NCBI GenBank assembly: GCA_973851085.1
Contig: OZ316776.1
Coordinates: forward strand, 8,122,001 to 8,186,000
Direction of reading: 5' to 3'
DNA: 64,000 nucleotides
Source: Ptychomitrium polyphyllum
Taxonomy: Eukaryota
The notes under the pieces are model-generated. The model was not told where the DNA came from, made no database searches, and saw nothing but the letters and a program-made list of their open reading frames with translations. Position 1 is the stretch's first letter, and each line of letters starts with the position of its first letter. Below are positions 50,580 through 64,000 of the stretch, piece after piece. The position numbers and the translations under genes are program-made.

Positions 50580-53500
50580 TACTATGAAAAAAGTGCGGAT
50601 CTTTGCCGCTGATCATAAATATTAAAAACAGCTTGGAAAATCTTCTCGAAAACTGCCTCCAGTTTCTGCACAGCAATGACCATCAGCATGGTGAACACTG
50701 CATGGTATATCGTGAAAATCACTTGACAACCTAGATCATGGCATCTGTAAGCTAGCAGTACTACTCAAGGTTGCTTCAATTCTTTAAACTCCACCTGGGG
50801 AAATACAATACACACACCTTCTTGGTGCTCTTCGTCAGTTCATTCCCCTCCTTGTCGTGAGTGGGCACACCCCAGTCATCAGTCTTTGTACTCATCTCTA
50901 GCCTTAAAGAGCTCGTTTGGTGACATGGATGCTGCTCCGTGTTCCTCTAGCAGATTTGCCTCTTCCAAAAACGATATTTTCAGATAAGAATCTGGAAAAA
51001 GAAAGTGTTCTGCCAAAAGATGTTATGAGGCATAACTGCTAAAACTAAACAGAATATGGATTACGGGTTTAAAGGGCCTTCATGAAAATCAATTCCTCGG
51101 ACAACCATTGTTGCAGAATTGCTGAAACACGATATCAGAGAAATATCAACCTCTAGGTATCTCGTCCAGCCTATGGAATATGATAGTGTTCTTCGTCAAC
51201 GAAGGAAACAAACACAATGAGTATGTAAACAACTAGTCCTTTTGCAGCCTCTTCTGCCGCAAGGACACAATTTTTCCTCCTTGACCTTTAGTCTCCGTTC
51301 ATTATGCTCCCTCTATAATATTTTGGGGTGGCCTAATCTCCATTAGAATGTGTTGCCATCATCCACAACACAAACTCCAGCATCAAACATGTTTTTATCC
51401 CGATCTTTATCTGTCAGCTCCATCAATTTCCCCTGGTAACCACAGAACCAAAATGTCATAAATCTGAAGAAGCAACAACTGCAAGTGACTACCATAAAGC
51501 CTCGAATCAATAGATTGAAGGGAGCACGCAAGCCCAGTCCAAAAGTCATTTATGTATGTAATCAGAAACTTACATTTACGATAACACATCTCAATCAGAA
51601 AGTGCTTCCGCAATTTGCAGGAATATCAAACATAGTACATACCACAGCAGTTGCAAGGTCTCCAGTACTGCCGAAGCCAGTTTCATTGTTTTTTCGCATC
51701 AGATAAGCCTGTCAAGATCCACTCAATAGTCGGTCAGGCAAAGTGTTATAGTTTGTTTAAGATATAACAATCAAGTGTTCAGCACCTTCCAAGAATGCTC
51801 TCAAGGTAACAAAGATCTTGCGTAGATAGAAAGAGTTGAACCAAAAAAGGTAGACATACTCATGCATTAAACAAAGGACACGTTTGAGCACACACAATTA
51901 TGACTCATCAAATCTTAGCCCCTAATCCAATTACATGAATGTCAGCAATCAACTCTTGGTCCAGTTTACGTAAAAATTGGAAAACTTACCAAATACAGTG
52001 AAGGTCTTGGTCACTGCTGGCTTTTCCAATAGTGATAGTTGCGGCTTGCCATTTACCTGCAACCAAAGAATTGGAAGAGAGCACAAACTCTCAGAAGACG
52101 GTATAAATACTGAAAAACCAAATCTAACCCCTCCAGAAAACATCCCGACACGTAGGACCATTGACAAGGAAATTCTCATGAAGATCTCATTAATTTACCG
52201 ACTTGCACTTGTCAATGTAGGAGTGTATGTCTTCAACCAAAAAAAGCAATTCTGTTACAGCACCTGCTGTATCGAAGTTGACCACTAGACGTTCACGCAC
52301 CAGTGACATTGAGAGACTAATTAGCTCATCATGGATTCATGGATTTCACCCCACAAGTAGAATTTCCCAAAATAGAACGCACTTCATGACAGTGAAAATA
52401 TGCCTCAGCTTGAGCCAGCTCGTTGTCATGATATGGAAACTGTAAGTCGCTACAAAAGACCAAGTAATATGGATAGTTAATTCACAATGGCCAAAATCAC
52501 AAGAGGATGCAAATGGCGTCTTGACAAAATCCATGATAGATAACCATTTCCCATGGCAAGACTGTTCACTAACAAAGTCATACTTTGCAAATCCAAGGAT
52601 GAAGCGACTTCTGGCATTATTCAGAGGCACAAACTTAAACACATATTGGGGAAATCAAATAAAATTCATTCACTGTCCTCCAGAATGAATGTCCATGCTA
52701 TCACTCAATATGTCACTGGCCATTGCAGAACACTCAATGTGCCAACGTGGGCGGCCCATACCCCAAGGGGACTTCCATGCTGCTTTCACAGGCTTACTCT
52801 TTTGCACCAGACAAGTATTACAGTATTACATTAAAGAATTACCACATATAAGGACTAAAAATTCATGCTAAACACCAGCATAGAATTTCTGGGACTCCAT
52901 ATGGCAAAAAACATTGCAAATTCAAAATAATGCACATACTACTACGTGAACAAATTGACATAATTTCAAGCACCGTTACACAGATTGAATCCAAATCATA
53001 TCTACAAGGAAACTGAATACTTGTCAACAGAAAATGTTGAATCATTATCTTAGTCTTAACTTTAAAAGCACATGTGTGTTGATGGCTGCAGATAGCACTT
53101 CTAGATCCTACATACTTCATAAAAGGGTGTGATAAAAGGAAGTCACCCGCAACGGCATGTAAATTTCCACCTGAAAATTAATGTCAAATTACACTTTCTC
53201 CAAAGAACTCTTGTTTCTACCAAACAGACCTTAAAACTGGAGTTCGTGTCGGTGAGCAAGAGACGAACCTTCCACGAGGCTGGTTCTTCATAAAACCCCC
53301 ACAGAAAGCCCCCAAAAATCACAGCTTCGAAACTGCAAAAGCGTACCTCAAGAATCCATCGAATAACATCAACCGTATCATCGTTCTTCGCATGTCCAAC
53401 ATTAGACGAGTCGTACATAGTCGGCCCGCAAGTATATCAACTCACAGACACACACACACACACACATACACACACTCAAAGAGATAACATCTCCATTGAT

Positions 53501-53737
53501 CTCCAAACCCTCGACCTAACGATTGCGCGCCCTGACGGAATACGAGAATCCAGAAAAAAAACTAAATCCCTTCGATCGAACTGAAAAAAAACTCAGGAGT
53601 TCAGCAAAACGATTCCTCGTTCCGGAGCCGTTCTGGAAGACGAACGGCACCTTTTCCTTGCGCAGCGAGTCTTGACCATCAATCCTGTCCGCCCACTCCT
53701 CGTCTGTTCCCTCTGCTGGATCAGATGCAATCGCCAT
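50580..53737 (-). pseudogene. Cysteinyl-tRNA synthetase pseudogene (eukaryotic cytosolic type), intron-containing, with stops and missing exons
   Basis: Exon relics in the expected order: YTCGPTMYDSSNVGHAKN..DVIRWILE (53346-53435), [34 protein letters not shown] (52675-52800), FPYHDNELAQAEAY (52385-52440), RERLVVNFDTA, KTFTVFG, LMELTDKDRDK..F*W and DDWGVPTHDKEGNELTK (50820-50885). No KMSKS exon found. Lower boundary approximate. Confidence 0.85.
53448..53475. repeat. (CA)n microsatellite
   Basis: Direct reading; one TA interruption. Confidence 0.9.
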
Positions 53738-55190
53738 TGTTGTCTCACAACAATCCCCACTCCAGTTGACCGCAGTCACTCACTCACTCACTGACTCGCA
53801 TTCTGGTGACCTTGCACCCGTCACAACAACAATCTTCTCATTCCACACTGCTGTCCATGGTCAACTAGTTGCGCACCCATGGATGAAAACGGAAAAGTCG
53901 TCACTGCAGTCGTCATATTTGCAGCGCCTTCGATTCCATTCCACTCAATCGGGGCTCTGCTTTCGCCACTTATGCTGTATAGCGACGATCATTTCTTCTT
54001 CGCTGCTGCCGGCACTACGCATCCTTTCAATTGATTGAGAATCGTCGTGTTGTGCATGTGGCGCGCCTGTTGAGATATCGATGGCGATCGACGCTGGTTT
54101 GTTCTATCGCAGGTGGGAATGAGTGCCACAACTGGATGCCATCATCTCGGTAGAGCCGATTCTTCTTCGATCTGTCTTCGCTTGGGGTCACTTGTGTTGG
54201 CCGTTTTGCGTAAGTTTTATTCATGCATCAAAGAGTGCTCTGGGGAAGACGGTGACACGCACTAGTGAGGAGCTCTCTTGAAGTGTACGATCAACCAAGC
54301 TGGAACTGATCTGGACGTCGGATTTGACAAGGGAGGTGAAACCCCAGATCCCCACTAGTGTTAGAATCGTTGAGCCATTACGAAGTCCTCCATGTTTAGA
54401 AAGAGTCGGCGGAACCCACCACGGGAGACAGAAAACTCATCCTTCCATTGACGAATGATGCCTTTCGTCATGGCTTGGATGGCAATACTGCAGATGCAAC
54501 ACTACACACGCAGCTTCCCGTTGTCGAGGCATTGTCTCCTTCGATCGCAGTTGTGACAATTCTCACGGTGTAACTTAGAGTGCACTGCACCATCGCCACC
54601 CATCTCCAATCTCGCGCGCGCCATCCCTTTCTCGCACTTCGTCCTGCTGTGATCGCTCTGGGTTTCTGAAGAGTGGTTTCTAGTTGCCAAGTATCGTGCA
54701 GGGTTTGCGATGCGCGGCGTCATTCGTGTAGAAAATCAACTTGGGGATGCTCGTTTGCTCATTTGTGCAGGATTTTGGCGAATTGGTGGAGGAGTGTTGC
54801 TGTTTGTGTGCTCTCGCGGGTGGTGAAGTGTGTCGATGATCGTGGGAAGCGTGGCGGGGAGGTGGGGGATGTAGGTTGCTAGGGTTAAGGAGGGAGTTTG
54901 ATGGTGGCGAGAGGGAATTTTCAGTTTCTGATGGTAAGGTGAAGTTGGGTGGCGCGAGTGGCGTGCGAGGAGTGGGAAGGAGAGGAGAGGACTTTTGGAT
55001 GTGTTGGTGGGAATAGCGTTGAGATCGGGCGCCGTAGAGATGCTGAGGCGGGTGGTGAGGAAGGCGGTGCAGGCAAGGAAAGCGCTGCCTGGCGCGGAAA
55101 TTCGTGGATCGCCCCTGCTCGCAATTCTGCCCAGGGTATGCATGGTTTCCCCCCTTTGAGTAATTCAGAGCTTTCTGGTGGAGCAGTTCC

Positions 55191-58100
55191 ATGGCGGCGA
55201 TTGTCTTGGAATGTGGTGAATTCAGTGTTGATAGGCCAATGCAGAGTGTTGATGGATGGATCATGCAACGCTTGGGGTACTGGCTGCAGAGTGGGGTCAG
55301 CGCAGCGCTTGGAAACAATGCGGCCGGGGATGAGTGGAAATGGCACGAGAAGGAGCGAAATTCTACTTTTACTGTGACAGAGTTATTGAACAAGCATGGT
55401 GCAGTGAGTTGCCTTTTTCGCTCTCTCGCCTTCCTTTTTGTGCTTTGATTGAATTCAATTGGATCACTTCTGGAAGGTATAGGTTTCTTGGAAGTAGATG
55501 AAATTATTGAAGAATCCGCGACTTGCAGGATGTGAATGTTGCAAGATGCTTCCATTCGAGAGCTGCTCCACACGTTGCGGGAGCTTCTTCGACAGTACCG
55601 GTTCTGTACTTACGCGCTATGTCATCTCTTGCCGATGCGGCAAAGAGCGAGCCCGCCAAGGGCCGTAAAATTGAGATTTCATTGAATGAGGAACCGGAGA
55701 AAGCTGTGGCTGATGCGAGGATCTTGAAATCCTTAGCGTCATATCTATGGCCGAGTGACAATCCTGAATTTCGTAGGAGAGTTGCTCTTGCTTTGAGCCT
55801 TCTCGTTGCTTCTAAGGTACAGTTGCACCTGAATGTGTCGCTTGGGAAGTGGTTTCTGATTGAGAATAAGGAAGAGTGTAATTGTTGGTATGAATAAATT
55901 TTGATTAAGGATATGTAACTGTTACTTCCTTGCAGGTGCTGAACGTGCAAGTTCCTTTCATGTTCAAGTATGCTGTGGATGCTTTGTCTGCTGCTGCTGG
56001 AGCAACTGGGGCAACAGCCGCAGCATCAGCTGCAACATCATCATTGTTGTTTGCTACACCGACAGCGGTTCTTCTTGGATATGGAATTGCTCGAGCTGGG
56101 GCTTCAGCATGCAACGGTAAGCTGCCATTTAAAAATTGATCGCTCTTTGCTGGTCAGCTTTAAAAGGCCAGGCTTGGAGACTGAAAATAGTGGAGTAAAA
56201 ATTTTACAAGGATGTCATTCGATTCCAGTGCTTCAAATCTTGAAGTGTTTTTTGTTGGTTGCTTTGCGTGCAACACATCCAGCTTTGAATTGCACTGCAC
56301 TTTCCTGGACTTACATACATGTCAATTTTTAAGTTACAAGAGAATCTGCCATGTGTTGGTGGATCTCAGGTCTAGAAGTTTGTTACGCCCGCGTTGTTTG
56401 ACGTTATGTGTTGGAATCAGAGCTGCGAAATGCGGTGTTTGCTAAGGTCGCACAAGGCACAATACGTACTGTGGCTCGCAAGGTGAAACATCCTTTGAAA
56501 TATTTAGGAACCTGTCTTTCCCCTTATCCATGCCTTCGTAATTAGGATTTTTTGATGTTGCAGTAGACGTCCTTTTTTTGTCCCTTTTCTTTTTCTTTTT
56601 TGGGAAGCTTGCTTCAGCTTCGTGCACTGTGATTTGAAGTGAACGGAATTGTTTTTGGAAATAGGTTTTCATGCATCTTCACAACCTGGATTTGAGCTAT
56701 CATTTGAGGTATCTTCAAGAGCTTTGACTTGTGTGATTCCATTAAGCTGCAGGTGCCATGTTCCTGTAGTGAGGGCAATCGTTTTGTAAACAGAGTCATG
56801 TTTGATGATGATGTTGTTTAACATGTTGGACTAATCTCTTGCTTTTCGCTTCATGCAGTCGACAGACAGGTTCGCTTAATCGTACAATCGATAGGGGCAC
56901 TCGAGCCATTAACTTTATTCTGTCATCCATGGTGTTTAATGTGGTGCCAACACTTTTAGAGGTACATCTATAATGGATAATTCTGCCTTGCTCTTGAGTG
57001 TCTCTTTACATTGATGTACTGTAGTTTTCTAACTCAGTAGATGGGCTTTCGACCCTGGAGTCTTTTTCTATAATAATTATGAAAGCGATGTCACCGTTTT
57101 GAGCGTTTTCTTCAATTGTGTTGATCTTGTTTATGGGCCTCTGTTTAATTCCTTAGCTTACATGCTCTCTTTTTGTGCAGATATCAATGGTGGCTGGAAT
57201 ACTGGCATATAAATTCGGAGCTCCATTTGCATGGATCACCTCCATTACAGTTGCCGCCTATACTCTTTTCACATTGAGTGTGACACAGGCAGGTTTCTTT
57301 ACAGTATCGACTTGGTTTCATGTATTGGACCTATACGTAATTTGGCTGAGGGGAGTAGCTGATCTTTGAGTTCAGCTTAGAATGTTCATCTTTCTCCTTT
57401 CAAGTGGCACTGGATATTGTGGCACTTGTAAATTCTAATGCCGAGGTTAATAAATTCAAATGTATGTATTGTTCATCATACAGGAAACGAGCATTTTGTT
57501 CCCTTTACAGGCCTGTGTATCACGATCGCGGCTAACTATCAGATATTGTGACTGCAGTGGAGGACGAAATTTAGGCAGGATATGAATCAAGCTGATAATG
57601 CAGCCAGTTCACGTGCAACAGACTCTCTCATCAACTATGAGGTGAATATCGTCTCTCTTTTCCTTAATTCTGAAAGAGCACTTCGTATGTTGAGGAAGGT
57701 CCAGATTGTTCTTTTTGTCTATAATTTATTTTGTGATCGGTGTCAAAGTTGCACTATGTCGTTGACGGAAGCATGCATTGCGGTTTTAGCTCTTTATAGC
57801 AGTATTGTAACGAGACTTCATTTGATTGCAGACTGTGAAGTATTTTAACAATGAGGAACATGAAGCAAGAAGATATGATGAGTTTCTTAAGAGTAAGTGA
57901 TGGTTCTTGTGTGATTTGGAGAATTCTATTCGTCTGAAAGTTCTCCTTATTTGTGTTTTCTTGATGTTCGTAAAGCACCCTTTCCAACGAAATAAGTCTA
58001 GTCTATTTATAAGGAGAGCGTACAATACGCATTAAATCACCTATGTAAGCGAAAGTCTACAGTATCTACATGAAAAGTTCTGCTGAATAATACTCAGGCT

Positions 58101-61100
58101 TCATAATCAGAGAGTAACCTGGTGAAGCTATGCTCCAGGGTCAGCATTGCACGTACATAGTAAGATCTTCTGGAATTGGCACTAGTGCCGCTTTGATCTT
58201 GAATTGCTGGACTGATCTTATTATCTTGTTGCTCTTTTATAGAGTACGAAGGCGCTGCTTTGAAGACACAAACAAGCCTGTCATCATTAAATTTTGGACA
58301 GAACGTGATCTTTAGCGCCGCTTTGTCTACAGCCATGATCATGTGTAGCCAGGGTATTCTCAATGGAACAATGAGTATAGGAGATTTGGTATGTCATCAT
58401 GACACTTTTAAGTGATGTCTTTTTGCTGGATATTCTCTCTAACTACAGTCAATTGTTGCCTATATTCGATAAATGAACCATGATTTGTCTACCTGAAGCC
58501 ATAATGAATGAGCATTGTATGAAACAATTATTTTGTCTTTGGATTCCATCAACTTCAGCAAGCGATCATAGTTCTTAATGCTTTGCTGAGCACTTAGCAA
58601 GTCTTTTGTCATCAGATTAAAGATGTTGCTAGTTCACTTGTTAAGGCTGGGCTTATGTAATTTCTCTTAAATTGCTCGTGTACTGATTAAACAATATTGG
58701 TGAATGTGAGTTGGTTTTGTTACAGGTGATGGTAAATGGCTTGCTGTTCCAGTTGTCATTACCTCTAAATTTCTTGGGTACTGTATATAGGGAGACACGG
58801 CAGAGCTTGATAGACATGCATTCCATGTTCTCTTTGCTTGAGGTACGATATGTCAGTTTTGGATTTGTTCTATTTGTGTACCTTGCTTGAAAGTGGTGTT
58901 ATTATGGGAGTTTAGGTATGATAGTTCTATTCAACCAAGGATGTAGTCCCTGCATTAGAGGTAAATCATACCCTTTTATGCTTTTTGAGCAGGTGAAGGC
59001 AAGTGTGGCAGATGAACCACATGCAAAGCCTTTGGATTTGAAAGGTGGAAGCATTTCTTTTGATAACGTACATTTTGGGTGCGTTCCTTCAATTTTTACC
59101 TATTGCTTGGTTAAATAAAGTCGTGCCTGAGGAATCAGGTTACTTTTCGTTTTACTCTCAATAATAACTTAGACTTTTAGTATCTGCAACTTTCTAGAGC
59201 TGTTAAAGTCCAGAGAAACAGGCTACAACAGTAGGTCATTTTTATTACAGTTCTTGGCAGATTGCTCAGTCCCTGTGCACGCGGCTTTGTTTGAGCAGTC
59301 ATAGCATTCATCTTACATATAGCGTGAAGCATAGTAACTTTTTTCCGTCTATTTGATAGTTCTCGGCAATGCATTTCGTTGGAAGATGGCTCTTGATGTT
59401 AATATAGCTTAACATGGATGTCCTTGGTCCTCGGAAAGTGATTGTTTCTTGTTACTCTACAGGTATCTCGCGGACAGGCCAATATTGAATGGAATATCAT
59501 TTAGTGTTCCTGCAGGAAATAGTGTGGCTATAGTTGGCACTAGTGGGAGTGGTAATTTTCTCTAACTGGATGTAAATTTGTGTCTTTTCTATTACGAATC
59601 TTGTCAAATATGTGAGTTGCCTGTGCTGATGTTTGCTACACATTGTCATTTTCTTGTCATACATTAACTTTTTGTCTTTATGGATACATTTATTGCTTCA
59701 TTAAAGATAGCTGATTTGTTCTGATTTTACATGTTTATGCTGGGCAATGGACAGGTAAATCTACAATCTTGAGGTTGCTCTACAGATTTTTCGACTGTGA
59801 TTCAGGATCAGTAAGTTTTCTTTTATTGTATCATCTACTAGTGGGATAGTCTTTCAGAGATAATTCCTAGTGTTCCTTAGTCTGTGTTAAGCTTTGCCAA
59901 GTACTTATCTCTCATCTGAATGTTTGTAGGTCAAAGTGGATGGTCAAGATGTGCGTAATCTGACCCTTGATAGCCTACGAAGATGTATTGGCGTTGTCCC
60001 ACAAGATACGGTGTGTTACTCGTTTTACACTGGCGTCTGAGGTTTTGTGCAAAGTATTCTGGGAGGCATTTGGTTGTTACTTTTCTGGAGACTGACGCTT
60101 TTACTCTTGTAGTTAGTTCTACTCTATGTCTGGAAGTACAGTACACAAAAATGCTGTAAATTTCAATAGTCTATGCTGAAGGCGTAGTGCGTTAGTAGGA
60201 TGATTATCCCTTTGGAGACCCTTGTTGATGGTATTTGGGGGCTGGTTGTGCTTCAGGTTTTGTTCAACGATACTATATTTTACAATATCCACTATGGCCG
60301 AATGACGGCTTCCAAAGAAGAGGTTGTTTATCCCCTATCATGCAAGCATATTAGTTCTTGTAATTGTTCTGTAAAATACGTAGGACTCTATTTTGCGCAC
60401 TCGGGTGACCTACTGTCATTGCTGGTACGTTGGACCAGGTTATTGAGGCAGCCAAGCAGGCAGCAATTCATGACGTCATCATGAGGTTTCCTGACCAATA
60501 CGAAACTAGAGTTGGAGAACGAGGGCTGAAGGTTGTTACCTTTCTTTCTAAGTGTCCGTGTGAATTTTTGTTCAAGGTCTACTGGCTCTTAAATCGTTTG
60601 TTTACTTTCATTTCCATTTAAGGAGTTTGTTTGAAGCGAATCTGTACGTTGAGATATATTTATCAAGGCTGAGTACATATCTGCAGCTGAGCGGGGGTGA
60701 AAAACAGCGTGTTGCATTGGCTCGAGCTTTCTTAAAAGCGCCCCCTGTATTGTGAGTTTCCCTTGGAACATTTTCTCACCTGTGATTGTCATGTAGTCAC
60801 TGGATGCAGACAGGTTCTTAATTATTTGATGACTAAATTGTCAATGACAATTGTCAAAGTTTTCAAAAGATTCTTTGTAGTAATTGTTTGTTAAGCTGGT
60901 TGCTGGAGCATCTGCTTTGGCACGATTGAGACATCATTCATTATGAATAGATTGATCGGGCTTCCATTCTCCTTTACATTATGATGTGTGGTAGGCTTTG
61001 CGATGAGGCAACAAGTGCACTGGATAGCACAACTGAGGGAGAGATATTGGCTTCGCTGCGATCTTTAGCAAATGACCGAACGGCTATTTTCATTGCCCAT

Positions 61101-61443
61101 CGGCTGACAACAGCAATGCAGTGTGACGAGGTAAGCATAACGATTGTCTATTGTCAAGATCGAAGCAAATGTGGAACGTGAGTACTTTGGATGTGGTGGG
61201 CTACTTTACGGGTCTAGTTCTCTTTCTTATTCGTTTGATCACAGGACAACATCATGCTTTGGATATGACATTTAATTGTTCTCAATTTTACTCCAGATTG
61301 TCGTTTTGGAAGAGGGTCGTGTTGTGGAGCGAGGCAGCCACGAGGTGTTGCTTGGAATGAATGGCCGCTACGCCCAACTCTGGAACCAACAGAACAGCAC
61401 TGACGGAGGTTCTGATGTTGACAAACTCAATGCAGCATTGTAG
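55191..61443 (+). CDS. Mitochondrial ABC half transporter, ATM/ABCB7 type (ATM3/ABCB25-like); start codon uncertain
   Basis: Exons [68 protein letters not shown], Walker [34 protein letters not shown] and IAHRL. Stop TAG at 61441-61443. Confidence 0.92.
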
Positions 61444-64000
61444 TTGTTGCTTGATATTTGTTGATTGTTATCTTCACGAACCCATGGACAAAGAGCTTTG
61501 TCCTGGTTTTTAGAATGTGTGAATTATAACTTCTTCAGAGCCATCACGGCCTCAGTACTATGCAACATTTGACCCAAGGCATCATCTTCTGATGCATTTA
61601 TTGTTGTACGAACATCCATTATGATATGAGTTTTGATCAAGGTTTAATTCACTTCCCCATTGGAAACGGTGGAAATTTAATAAAGTGATTGCTTCTGGTC
61701 TTGTAACACGAAAAGATCTGAGTAATGAAATTTAGAGAAGCATGTGTTGGGCTAGGGTTTTCACGGATGAATACACGACCTTGTAGGGGTCGTGGGTTGC
61801 TGAAAAATGGCCTGAAAAGATCCGAGTCATGAAAAGTGCAAGTGCATGGCTGGACTCAAGAAGGATTGGTAATGCCTTTTGATTCAAATTTCTTACTTTG
61901 AGTTGTTTCTCTGTAGATTATCCTCGTATATGATGTCATCTGTGGGTTGTCATCCCATCCCCTGGGCGCACAAAAGTGGCCTTGAATGAACAACCGGACT
62001 CTCGTTCAGGACAGCCTCAAATGAAGGCTGGAGGTTTTTTTGATGTGCCTTTCACACAGGTCATCTGATGTGCGTTAGTTGACTGCAGAAAAAATAGAAG
62101 AGAGCTTCTTCATTTCATAACCTTAAGCTGCACCGTAATGTGTTGAACCCCATCTACGTTTTTCATCAGCGATGGAAAGGAAGTTGTTTATTAAGTTTTC
62201 GCTGGAGATGGATGTTGTGGCGATGGCATATGCGGCCGTTTACCTTGTCACGAGCTGTTACAGCATAAAGAGTTCAAACATTACTGATACTTCTTCATAA
62301 TAAGCATCTATTCGAGATGTAGTAATGAATTTAAGATGAATAATAAATTCGAGTCTGAAAACCGAGTTAGTTCAAAAATACTGTGAATAGACCTTCTTTA
62401 TTTGCTTCAGTTTTTATTGTATATGAACGTCTTTAAAATTGTAGGCAATTAAGTAAAAGTGGAACTAGTATATGCAAGTTTAGATAAGATCTGAAGAAAT
62501 TCAATGACCTTTGAAGAACCTTGGTTATATAAGATCGTTAACTAGAGAAAATTGTTTCCCTAGATTAACTTTTTTTACATTCTAAACAATTTCACTTTAT
62601 AACGGATAGTGTGGAAAATGTTTTGCTCTACACGGAATTAGGTTCTAACATTTTAAAAGATTGAACCTAGTACCACAATTTCGGAGATTTGTTTGGTGTA
62701 AGAGCTCAAAAAGTAATCAGAGTTTATTGTGATACCAGTCAGAATAAATCCAAGTGCAGAGAAAAACCCACCGCCGACGTCAATAAACCATGTGCTCTCA
62801 GCAATTTCCAAGCAATCGAATCTATGAAAGTTTGACTTTTATGCTTCTGAAGACTTTTGGCTCATGGCTCTCTGTTGCAACAGAGGTATCCCATTGATGC
62901 TTTATACCTATCAAACGGATCAGAAACGATAATCTAGTGTAGCTGGTAAGTTTGCGTTAACCTGCTCAAGGTCGAGAGGCTGGCACAATCTCAGGATTAC
63001 CGTATGCAGTCCCTAAAACCACGACTATTAGTTCCAGAGAGATCTTCTCCTGACGAGAAAATGACCTCAACGTGTGGTTTTCGGCAGTGCCATTGTTTGT
63101 TGTGGTGGAGGTTCTGTTGGTGAAGAGTGGAATACTCATCTAGCTGAATGGGCGTAGTGCTATGCAGCGTAGAATCTATCAACCATCAACTCAGCACCGA
63201 TTGGATCATGTTGAGGTGATAGTCTGTGCTTGAGGTTGCCTACGTCTACTCCGTCGTGCTTAAAACTTACGTGGCAAGATTCCTGAATGAAGAGGGGCAG
63301 AGGCTTTGCAATTCCTGTACTGTACTTTAGTTTGGACCTGGACTTTGCTACATCTCTATCAACGGCCTTGTTGAAAATGTCATTTTCCAATAAATTGTGA
63401 TCTCTTTCAATTCAGGTTTCTTGCGAAATGGGGATCTAGAACTTATTTGCAAGTCGATTCAACACCTCCATGTGCGTGGAAGCTGCTCGTCAGGCTAAGG
63501 AATCAGTGTCCCCTAAGCAACCTCAAACCTCCTGTTTGAAACTAAGATGTATACATTATATAAGTATAGGTTTCATCTGAAACTCTCATTTATCCTAGGA
63601 TCGTTGCAACGAGTTGAGAAATTGGCAGCAAATGGAAAACTCAAATTTTGCAGTGTTCACTCTAAAGGGTGACTCCGCTCCTAGAACGGCTAGACAGACA
63701 CCAAATTTATTTTGAGAGATTTCATCCAAAAACAATCCACAATTCAAGAAGAATTGCACCATATCTGGAAGCTCACAAAAGCCAAAGCGTACGACTTCAT
63801 TGTACATATCCAAGCAAGTGTACTAACATCTTAAATCCACGGGCCTCTAAGAAAGAAAGTCAAAAGAAATAGCATGCATATTGAGGGTTTGAGTATGATA
63901 ACAAGAAGATATTCATCAGGTATTATGAATTTTGGTAGAATATGACACAGATTGAGGAAGTGGTAGGGAAGAATAAACAGTTGTATGGAGTCCTACCGAA

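Noticed and set aside
52160..52800. Apparent scrambling of CysRS exon order
   Set aside because: RERLVVNFDTA fits the anticodon-domain DNFDT motif, so the order is normal and only deletions are needed.
54680..55573. 297-aa minus-strand ORF
   Set aside because: Antisense to the GC-rich 5' end of the ATM gene; Pro/Ser/His-rich with no domain.
62997..63872. Short ORFs at the window end
   Set aside because: Could be gene relics, but I found no family motif or consistent exon structure.

Overview
Eukaryotic plant genomic DNA, very probably moss (Physcomitrium patens-like; inferred from the LTR family, intron style and gene families). Gene content in order: a two-exon QALGGH C2H2 zinc-finger repressor gene (-); a ~21-kb AT-rich transposon island (~5.4-26.3 kb); an SF2/ASF-type SR splicing factor (+); a PAGR-like GT106 glycosyltransferase (+); a frameshifted helical-domain kinase gene (-); an LRK10L/WAK-like receptor kinase (-); a cysteinyl-tRNA synthetase pseudogene (-); and a mitochondrial ATM/ABCB half transporter (+). 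The island holds a decayed chromodomain Ty3/gypsy element, a near-perfect 3.1-kb inverted copy of its 3' part, and four solo LTRs with target-site duplications. The most notable observation is the kinase gene at 39332-41879. Its predicted last exon is a catalytically degenerate copy of the N-lobe of the neighbouring LRK10L kinase, joined in frame by canonical splice sites. The result is a helical domain + non-RD kinase + kinase-fragment architecture resembling a tandem-kinase or integrated-decoy immune gene. All gene models were read by eye and family assignments come from recalled motifs, not database searches.
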